From contig CAZHTM010000001.1 in the NCBI GenBank assembly GCA_964535735.1, forward strand, positions 89,369 through 153,368: a DNA stretch of 64,000 bases. The letters are read 5' to 3'. Made by a program: the position numbers and the translations under genes. Of this stretch, positions 23,834-32,145 are shown piece by piece. Origin of the DNA: an uncultured bacterium (GTDB taxonomy: Bacteria > Fidelibacterota > Marinisomatia > Marinisomatales > J089). Position 1 is the stretch's first letter. Each line of letters begins with the position of its first letter. The notes beneath the pieces are model-generated. The model was not told the origin of the DNA, did not search any database, and was given only the letters and a program-made list of their open reading frames with translations.

Positions 23834-26374
23834 GTGAACCGATATTTCATCCGGATTCTCGGAGTTCTCTCCCTGGGGATAATATTGTCTGTTGCGCTTG
23901 GACAACAATCCGCCATCGAAGTGAGTGGGTATGATTGTGGTGATTGTCATGGGGCTACCGGTTGGGATATCCTTGAATTCTCAGGTTTTTCCCACCAAAG
24001 CACAGGATTTCTATTAGAAGGCGCTCACGCGGCCCAACCATGTTATGCCTGCCATACGGGAAATACTTTGAGTGAGAAGCATCAATTTCAAGACGTGAAT
24101 ACAGTCTGTTCTTCCTGCCATCTGGATATCCACCAATCCACGTTGGGAGAGGATTGTACTTTTTGTCATGAATTCACCAGTTGGCAAGTAACCCAGAAGA
24201 CCTTTAACCACGAAACCACCCGGTTTCCTTTACAAGGCGCCCATCGGGGAATCGCCTGTGATCAATGCCATACGGAACATCCCATGACGCGCTTTGATTT
24301 TGTGGACACGGATTGTTTTGCCTGTCATCAAACAGATTATAATCGGGCGTTGAATCCTTCACATGTTTTGGCTCGTTTTAACCGGGATTGTCGGATCTGC
24401 CACACCGATCATCGGGCTGGGTGGCGGCCTTCCTTGTTTGATCATGCCGATACCGATTTTCTACTGACCGGAGTGCACATTGTTACGGAATGCGCTGAAT
24501 GTCATATAAATGGCCAATTTGAAGACACTCCTGAGTCCTGTCAGGCGGCCAATTGCCACTTCAACGATTTCCAAACCACCGATTCACCCAACCACATGAT
24601 CTATGGATATCCGGAGCAATATTGTGAAGAATGTCATGTAACCTTAGGATGGACGCCTTCTATTTACACGCATACCATTGATTATGCGTGCAGTTCTTGT
24701 CATATCCCCGATTTTCAGAATGCGCTTAATCCGATCCATAACGTTGAAAATGGATTTAGCACCAATTGTGAAGGATGTCATGTCGACGTAGAATCGTGGG
24801 CCGGGGCAACCTTCGATCATAGCAACGTTGAAATAGGTTCATGCGCCTCCTGCCATTTATCGAATTATAACGCCACCACCAGCCCTAACCATTCTGCTGC
24901 TGGATTTTCTACAAATTGTACATTATGTCATCAATCTACGTCCGATTGGCAACAGGTTCTTTTCGACCATGATCCTGCAATCACTATTCCGTGTTCGGAC
25001 TGCCATATGTCGGATTATAACGAGACCGCATCCAATCCTTCCATACCAAATCATGTGGATTCCGGTTTTTCCACCGATTGTACTCAGTGTCACACATCCA
25101 CATCTGATTGGGCTCAAATAAACTTCGACCATACGTCGGTGAGCATACCCTGCGCGGACTGTCATATGCCCGATTACAATAATTTACCTAACGCTACCTA
25201 TCCTAATGCGCCGAATCACGCTGAACTGGGTTTAACCACCGATTGTACGATCTGCCACAATTCCACGTCCGATTGGACCGACGTTACCTTCAGTCATACT
25301 TCGGTGGACAACCTTCCTTGCGCCGACTGTCATTTGAATCAGTATAATAATACCACTGATCCTGATCATGGCGCTTCCGGGTTTACCACCGACTGTACCC
25401 AGTGCCATACGTCAACATCGGATTGGACACAAGTGAACTTTGATCATAATCTGGTGACCGTTCCTTGCGCCGATTGCCACATGCCGGACTACAATAACAC
25501 CGCCAATTCGTCCAATCCCGATGTTCCCAATCATGTGGATTCAGGATTTACTACTGATTGCACACAATGCCATGTGTCCACATCGGACTGGTCGCAGGTT
25601 GATTTTAACCATGCCACGGTGACCGCGCCTTGCGCCGACTGTCACATGCCCGATTACAATAATTTACCGAACGCTACCTATCCCGACGCCCCGAATCATG
25701 CTGATTTAGGACTATCCACCGATTGTACGATCTGCCACAATTCCACGACTGACTGGACGGATGTTACTTTCACCCATACTTCAGTATCCGATATCCCTTG
25801 TGCTGATTGTCATTTAAATCAATATAACAACACAACCGACCCTAATCATTCCGCTTCCGGATTTTCCACGGATTGTACGCTTTGTCATAATTCCACATCC
25901 GACTGGTTAGATGTCACGTTTGATCATAGCAATATTTCACAACCCTGTGCTGATTGCCATTTGGAAGATTATAATTCAGCTATAAATCCGAATCACATTT
26001 CTCAGCAATACCCCACGACCTGTGAAGATTGTCACACAACTACTTCCTGGACTCCGGCCGACTTCGATCATGACACCCAGTATTTTCCCATATATTCTGG
26101 TAAGCATGATAATGAATGGTCCACATGCACAGCAGAATGCCATATCAACCCTTCTGAGTATTCCGTATTCTCCTGTGGATTAAATGGCGTATGCCATGAA
26201 CATGATCGGGCTAGCATGGACGATAAGCACCAGGGTGAGGTTAGTGGATATGTGTACGAAAGCAATGCCTGTTACAATTGTCACCCTGATGGGACAGAAG
26301 AAGGAGGGGATGGCGATGAAGGGGGTGATATCATCCGTGACTGGCGGGACCATATCAAGCGAATTCGGAAATAG
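23834..26374 (+). CDS. giant multihaem c-type cytochrome, 28 canonical CxxCH plus CX4CH and CX3CH variants; paired-CXXCH module array
   Basis: A GTG 23834 start gives signal-like VNRYFIRILGVLSLGIILSVALGQQ (the ORF-track ATG 23780 would overlap the upstream gene). Motifs were counted directly in the translation. Confidence 0.9.
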   Translation: MNRYFIRILGVLSLGIILSVALGQQSAIEVSGYDCGDCHGATGWDILEFSGFSHQSTGFLLEGAHAAQPCYACHTGNTLSEKHQFQDVNTVCSSCHLDIHQSTLGEDCTFCHEFTSWQVTQKTFNHETTRFPLQGAHRGIACDQCHTEHPMTRFDFVDTDCFACHQTDYNRALNPSHVLARFNRDCRICHTDHRAGWRPSLFDHADTDFLLTGVHIVTECAECHINGQFEDTPESCQAANCHFNDFQTTDSPNHMIYGYPEQYCEECHVTLGWTPSIYTHTIDYACSSCHIPDFQNALNPIHNVENGFSTNCEGCHVDVESWAGATFDHSNVEIGSCASCHLSNYNATTSPNHSAAGFSTNCTLCHQSTSDWQQVLFDHDPAITIPCSDCHMSDYNETASNPSIPNHVDSGFSTDCTQCHTSTSDWAQINFDHTSVSIPCADCHMPDYNNLPNATYPNAPNHAELGLTTDCTICHNSTSDWTDVTFSHTSVDNLPCADCHLNQYNNTTDPDHGASGFTTDCTQCHTSTSDWTQVNFDHNLVTVPCADCHMPDYNNTANSSNPDVPNHVDSGFTTDCTQCHVSTSDWSQVDFNHATVTAPCADCHMPDYNNLPNATYPDAPNHADLGLSTDCTICHNSTTDWTDVTFTHTSVSDIPCADCHLNQYNNTTDPNHSASGFSTDCTLCHNSTSDWLDVTFDHSNISQPCADCHLEDYNSAINPNHISQQYPTTCEDCHTTTSWTPADFDHDTQYFPIYSGKHDNEWSTCTAECHINPSEYSVFSCGLNGVCHEHDRASMDDKHQGEVSGYVYESNACYNCHPDGTEEGGDGDEGGDIIRDWRDHIKRIRK
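25151..25945 (+). repeat. in-frame tandem duplication inside the 28-haem gene (480-bp / 160-aa six-haem period)
   Basis: Modules A (25151-25318), B (25319-25465) and C (25466-25630), then A' (25631-25798) and B' (25799-25945). tgcgc.gactgtca.atgcccgattacaataattta recurs exactly 480 bp apart. Confidence 0.85.
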
Positions 26375-26377
26375 AGT

Positions 26378-27196
26378 ATGTCGTATTCAGCGATTATTCT
26401 CATGGTTGTATTGGCTGGAAGTCCTCAATTGGAATTGACCGATATACCTTGTTCTAAATGTCACACTCCCGATGCCTGGATTCCTCTAAATACCAATCGG
26501 ACATTTAATCATTCCAGGGATACACTATTTCCCCTTGAAGGTCGCCATCGTGATGCCGATTGTCTTCAATGCCATCCTGGTGAAACAACGGTAGAAATTC
26601 ATGCATTTGCCAAAGCCCGGCCCGAGTGTACAACCTGCCACATGGATATCCACATGAATCAACTCGGATCGGAATGTGATCGATGCCACACAACAGAAAC
26701 TTGGGACATGAGCCGGTGGACGAATAATCATAGTCATACAATTTTTACATTGGATGGGATGCACGCGTCCCTGGAATGCCGGGACTGTCATGGCATCAAT
26801 TTTGACCGTCTGGCAGGTCAACTAACGACAGATTGTTATATGTGCCATCAGCAAAGTTTTGTGGCTGCGATCAATGCTATCGATCTCGATCATCCTGAAA
26901 ATCAAAATTGCCGCTTATGTCACAATAGTCGTGCCTGGGTTCCTATTGATATGTCGCAGCACGATTCCCTATTTCCCATTTATTCAGGAGCACATAGAGG
27001 AAAGTGGACCACCTGTAAAGCTGAATGCCATATTGATCCGACCAATTACCAATTATTTTCTTGCGGCCTGAACGGTGTATGTCATGAACATGACAAGGAT
27101 AAAATGGACCAAAAGCACCTGGGGGAAGTAAGTAATTATAGTTACAATAGCTCCAGATGTTATGATTGTCATAGCAGCGGTGGAGGAGGCGATTAA
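26378..27196 (+). CDS. octahaem c-type cytochrome (8 CxxCH + CX3CH), periplasmic
   Basis: Signal-like N-terminus. 8 CxxCH counted. The C-terminal ~75 aa are paralogous to the C-terminus of the 28-haem protein. Starts 4 nt after the upstream stop. Confidence 0.9.
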   Translation: MSYSAIILMVVLAGSPQLELTDIPCSKCHTPDAWIPLNTNRTFNHSRDTLFPLEGRHRDADCLQCHPGETTVEIHAFAKARPECTTCHMDIHMNQLGSECDRCHTTETWDMSRWTNNHSHTIFTLDGMHASLECRDCHGINFDRLAGQLTTDCYMCHQQSFVAAINAIDLDHPENQNCRLCHNSRAWVPIDMSQHDSLFPIYSGAHRGKWTTCKAECHIDPTNYQLFSCGLNGVCHEHDKDKMDQKHLGEVSNYSYNSSRCYDCHSSGGGGD

Positions 27197-28738
27197 ATGA
27201 AATTTTTCAGTTTATGTGTAAGTCTACTAATCCTAAGCTCATTGGGTTGGTCTCAGGAACGGGTGGTAATCGACGTGAATGGCAAAATCACCTACTTAAC
27301 TACCGATCAAGTGTATTGCGATGTGGGCACTGAAGTGGGTGTGGAAGAAGGGGATACCCTTCATGTTACTCGGGGAGTCGACGAAATCGGATTGGTAGTG
27401 GTTACGTATATATCCCGAAAGTCCAGTGTTTGCGAGCCCTTGGTTCCTGCTGAGACTTTTCGATTGGGAGACCGGGTCCATCTGAAGAAAGTCAAACTGG
27501 TGACTATAGAAGAGACAACGGTAACACCGGCTCAAGTAAAGGAGGTCTCTCCCGTCAGTAAAAGACTGGGCCTAGCTCATACAGGCAATTTTTCGTTCCG
27601 CTATACCTATGGACAGTTTGCAGATAGTCTGTATAGTCAACGGAGTATCGCCTCTATCCAATACGGAATACACATATCCAATCCCATTGAAACCCAATTT
27701 TGGTTGTATGGGCGTTCCAATATACAGAACCGGGATTTCACACTTTACCAGGCACGGTGGGTTTTGGGGAAAGAGGACAGCCGCTTTAACGGTCAGCTCG
27801 GCAGAGTTTATTCTGCTTCTTTGTCCGGGATTGGAGCTACCGATGGTTTGTTGGTGAATTCGGCGTTATCGGAACGCCTATCAGCTGGTTTTTTAGTGGG
27901 GATGGAACCGGAACCCACCACACTTAAGTTTAATTCCAATGTCAAAAAAGGGGGTATTTTTACCCGGTTTGAGACGAAAGGGGAAAAACGATCTTTTGAG
28001 GGAAGTCTGGCTTTGGTGGGCCAATATGCCAGTGGGAAGGCTGATCGAGAATTCATATACGACCGTCTGCGATATCGAAATGGGCGACGACTGTATTTTA
28101 CCATGAACCAGACTATTGACTTATATCGAAATGGTCCTGTCGGCGGCCGGAAAGGGATTGAACTGGTGTCCAATCAACTATCACTTCGGGTGCGGGTCAC
28201 ATCATTTTTAAGTGTCTATACCCGACTCTCCAACCGGAAACAAATCCTTTACCAGGTTTCAAGTTCTTCGCTCCCGGATTCGCTGTTTGTAGATGAAACT
28301 CGGTCAGGCTGGTACAACGCCATTCGGTGGACGACAAAAGGGGACCGGTCGTTTCTCCTGGGAGCCAATTACCGGTATCAATCAGTAGGTGGTAGTAACT
28401 CAATCTATGCGTTTTTCACCTATCGCGGACCCTATTCCCGCGGGCGATGGAATTTTGATTATACCGGCAGCTACATTCACAATTTGCTGATTACTGGTAC
28501 ACGCAATCAATTCGGCTTCTCCCGGACTATAGGGAAGACGGGAACGTTCTTTACCGAATACGAGCTCTATGTGTATGGATATGGCAATATCATGACAGAT
28601 TATGTTCAACATAATATTACGTCCACCTATTCATGGAGATTGCAGTCCCGGATGGTAATAACCGCATCATTGGATGCGACGATTGATAAGGATTATTATT
28701 TCTATTATTTGTATTTCGGATTTAATTACCGGTTTTAG
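27197..28738 (+). CDS. outer-membrane beta-barrel protein with N-terminal soluble domain (porin-like partner of the cytochromes)
   Basis: The ATG abuts the upstream TAA. Signal peptide MKFFSLCVSLLILSSLGWSQ. Long amphipathic beta-strand pattern rich in Y/G/R/N/S. C-terminus YLYFGFNYRF (OMP-type terminal Phe). Confidence 0.6.
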   Translation: MKFFSLCVSLLILSSLGWSQERVVIDVNGKITYLTTDQVYCDVGTEVGVEEGDTLHVTRGVDEIGLVVVTYISRKSSVCEPLVPAETFRLGDRVHLKKVKLVTIEETTVTPAQVKEVSPVSKRLGLAHTGNFSFRYTYGQFADSLYSQRSIASIQYGIHISNPIETQFWLYGRSNIQNRDFTLYQARWVLGKEDSRFNGQLGRVYSASLSGIGATDGLLVNSALSERLSAGFLVGMEPEPTTLKFNSNVKKGGIFTRFETKGEKRSFEGSLALVGQYASGKADREFIYDRLRYRNGRRLYFTMNQTIDLYRNGPVGGRKGIELVSNQLSLRVRVTSFLSVYTRLSNRKQILYQVSSSSLPDSLFVDETRSGWYNAIRWTTKGDRSFLLGANYRYQSVGGSNSIYAFFTYRGPYSRGRWNFDYTGSYIHNLLITGTRNQFGFSRTIGKTGTFFTEYELYVYGYGNIMTDYVQHNITSTYSWRLQSRMVITASLDATIDKDYYFYYLYFGFNYRF

Positions 28739-29037
28739 CCTTTCGGTTCAATATTGTAATTCCATTTTTTAAATAGGCGAGACCTTGTTCAATAAAACAT
28801 GAAAAGGTTTGCTGGTATATAGGTTGATTTGTTTGGGTGATAATTCATACCGAAAGTGATCAGAGGATCCGGGACCGAGAAATGGTTAGTAGTATCAAAA
28901 ACGTTTTGAATAGGGTGTATTATTTTTAGATATTCTAAATATATGGGCGTTGGACAGGCTTGAGAACTCCAGGTTTTTAGGCAATAAATATTGACTAGGG
29001 CCAATTATTAAGTCTAACTTCCAAGGCTATTTTCGAA

Positions 29038-29475
29038 GTGGAGAAGATGAAAACAGAGTCAATAAAAAAATCAGAAATTCAACGTAACTGGTGGGTTGCC
29101 GATGCCGAGGGACAAACACTTGGACGGTTTGCCAGTAAAATTGCTACCGTTCTTCGGGGTAAGCATAAACCGAATTATACACCTCATATGGATATGGGGG
29201 ATTTTGTAGTTGTGGTCAACGCAGAAAAAATCCGGGTGAGCGGGAATAAAGAAACAGAAAAGACGTATTTCCGTCATACTGGATATCCAGGTGGAACCAA
29301 AGAATCCAACCTGAGTCATATGCGTCGAACGTTTCCTGAACGTATTGTGGAACAGGCCGTGAAAGGTATGTTGCCCCACAATCGGTTAGGACGGAAGTTA
29401 TACACCCATTTAAAAGTTTATGCCGGAAGTGGACATCCCCACGTGGCACAAAACCCCAAACCCATGGAAATTTAG
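29038..29475 (+). CDS. rplM: 50S ribosomal protein L13
   Basis: [41 protein letters not shown]. The start is either GTG 29038 or ATG 29047. Confidence 0.95.
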   Translation: MEKMKTESIKKSEIQRNWWVADAEGQTLGRFASKIATVLRGKHKPNYTPHMDMGDFVVVVNAEKIRVSGNKETEKTYFRHTGYPGGTKESNLSHMRRTFPERIVEQAVKGMLPHNRLGRKLYTHLKVYAGSGHPHVAQNPKPMEI

Positions 29476-29478
29476 TCA

Positions 29479-29871
29479 ATGTCAAAAGCAGTTTATCAAG
29501 GCACCGGCCGACGGAAGAGTTCCGTTGCTCGAGTGTATTTGATCCCTGGCAAAGGGACGATAACCGTCAATGGCCGTCCCTATGAAGAATATTTATCACG
29601 TAAATCCCTGGCCATTCTGACGCGGAAACCGCTGGAAATATTGGATGCTGTGGAAGAATATGATATTAAAGCCAATGTATATGGTGGCGGATTAAGCGGT
29701 CAGGCCGGAGCGATTCAACTGGGGATTTCCCGGGCCCTGCTTCAGGTCAATGAAGATTATCGCCGAACGTTAAGGCAACATGGCTTATTAACCCGGGATT
29801 CCCGTCGGGTGGAGCGCAAGAAATATGGTCAACCCGGCGCCCGTAAACGGTTCCAATTCTCAAAACGGTAA
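29479..29871 (+). CDS. rpsI: 30S ribosomal protein S9
   Basis: GTGRRKSSVARVYL..G.G.I.VNG...GGG.SGQAGAI..GISRAL...RD.R.VERKKYG...ARK..QFSKR. Confidence 0.95.
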   Translation: MSKAVYQGTGRRKSSVARVYLIPGKGTITVNGRPYEEYLSRKSLAILTRKPLEILDAVEEYDIKANVYGGGLSGQAGAIQLGISRALLQVNEDYRRTLRQHGLLTRDSRRVERKKYGQPGARKRFQFSKR

Positions 29872-29873
29872 TA

Positions 29874-30809
29874 TTGTCTATGGCAACACAGGTACAATTC
29901 GAAGATTTATTGAGTACAGGCGCCCATTTTGGCCACGTAACCAGTAAATGGCATCCAAACTTTAAACCCTATATCCTCATGGAAAAAAATGGGGTTTATA
30001 TTATCAATCTGGAAGAAACCATCGCCGCAATCGAAAAGGCTCAAGCGTTTATTCGTGAGGTGGTATCCAAAAACGGCGAAATCCTATTTATTGGAACTAA
30101 AAAACAGGCCCGTGACATTGTCCAGCAGGAAGCGGACCGCTGTCGCATGTTTTACGTGGTGGAGCGTTGGTTTGGTGGCACCTTGACAAACTTTGTCACG
30201 ATTAAAAAATCCATCAAGCGCCTCCAGATGCTGGAAAAAGAAGGCTCCAGTATTTATGAAAATCTTACGAAAAAAGAAATCCAGCAATTAAACCGGGAAC
30301 GGATTCGTCTCTCCGATCAGCATCGGGGTATCAAAGATATGCGGCGGTTACCAGATGCTCTGGTCGTTGTAGACGCGAACTACGAAACTACGGCAGTCAA
30401 AGAGGCCAAACGGTTAGAAATTCCCGTCATTGCTTTGGTGGACACCAATACGGACCCGACTCCCATTGATTATCCCATTCCAGCCAATGATGATTCTCTG
30501 CGCACAATCCAGATTATTATCTCCGCCTTAGCTGATGCGGTTCTGGATGCCCGGAATGCGAGTAAGGAGAAGAATTCAGGATCGGAAGCCAAAGAAAAGG
30601 CAGCCAAACCGGTAGAAGAAGCCATCCCAGCTAAAGAGGTGACGGAAGTGCCGGTAGAGGTGTCTAAAAAGGCTGAAGATGTCCAGACTGAGGCGGTTGC
30701 TGGTGCTCCCATTGAAGCGGAAGCGCCCGCAAACACTGAATCTTCTGATGAATCGACCCAATCTGAAGAAAAATCAACATCAGAAAAAAAGACCGATACA
30801 GATCAATGA
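29874..30809 (+). CDS. rpsB: 30S ribosomal protein S2 with long acidic C-terminal extension
   Basis: LLSTGAHFGHVTSKWHPNFKPYI...FIGTKKQA...RWFGGTLTNF. About 85 extra low-complexity E/K/S/T-rich residues at the C-terminus. The start is TTG 29874 or ATG 29880. Confidence 0.95.
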   Translation: MSMATQVQFEDLLSTGAHFGHVTSKWHPNFKPYILMEKNGVYIINLEETIAAIEKAQAFIREVVSKNGEILFIGTKKQARDIVQQEADRCRMFYVVERWFGGTLTNFVTIKKSIKRLQMLEKEGSSIYENLTKKEIQQLNRERIRLSDQHRGIKDMRRLPDALVVVDANYETTAVKEAKRLEIPVIALVDTNTDPTPIDYPIPANDDSLRTIQIIISALADAVLDARNASKEKNSGSEAKEKAAKPVEEAIPAKEVTEVPVEVSKKAEDVQTEAVAGAPIEAEAPANTESSDESTQSEEKSTSEKKTDTDQ

Positions 30810-31411
30810 ATATAACAGCCCAATTAGTAAAACAATTACGCGAGCGCACTGGCGCTGGAATGATGGATTGTAAAAAAGCCCTGGTGGAAACTCAGGGTGA
30901 TTTGGATAAGGCCGTGGATGCTCTTCGTAAAGCCGGTGTGGCTAAAGCGGAGAAAAAAGGCGTTCGGGCTGCCAACGAAGGTTTGATTTATTCTTACATC
31001 CACCATGGTGGCCGTCTGGGAGTGCTTCTGGATATCTCCTGCGAGACGGACTTCGTCGCAAAAACAGAAGGTTTTCGTGACCTGGCCCATAATTTGGCTA
31101 TGCAAATCGCTGCCACCAATCCCCTGGCTATTCGTCGGGAAGATTTGGATCCTGCAATAGTGGCCCATGAAAAAGAGATCTATGTGGATCAGGCGCGGAA
31201 TTCCGGTAAACCGGAAAATATCGTGGAAAAAATGGTGGAAGGTCGTCTGAATAAATATTATCAGGAAGTCTGTCTAATGGAACAGGCCTTCATCAAAGAT
31301 CCGGATAAGAAAGTCAAAGATCTGGTTACGGAGGCCATTGCCACCTTGGGTGAAAACATTACCGTGAATCGATTCACCCGCTACGCTGTCGGCGAGGAAA
31401 TCTCCTCTTAA
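30806..31411 (+). CDS. tsf: elongation factor Ts (short ~200-aa form)
   Basis: MNITAQLVKQLRERTGAGMMDCKKAL.ETQGDLDKAVD.LRKAG. ATGA overlap with rpsB. Confidence 0.95.
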   Translation: MNITAQLVKQLRERTGAGMMDCKKALVETQGDLDKAVDALRKAGVAKAEKKGVRAANEGLIYSYIHHGGRLGVLLDISCETDFVAKTEGFRDLAHNLAMQIAATNPLAIRREDLDPAIVAHEKEIYVDQARNSGKPENIVEKMVEGRLNKYYQEVCLMEQAFIKDPDKKVKDLVTEAIATLGENITVNRFTRYAVGEEISS

Positions 31412-32140
<729 letters not shown>

Positions 32141-32145
32141 AATTC

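Noticed and set aside
28739-29037. 71-aa minus-strand ORF (28789-29004), or a structured leader upstream of rplM.
   Set aside because: The region is AT-rich and promoter-like. The ORF has no motifs and would be transcribed head-on into the cytochrome operon terminus. I could not identify a convincing conserved structure by eye.
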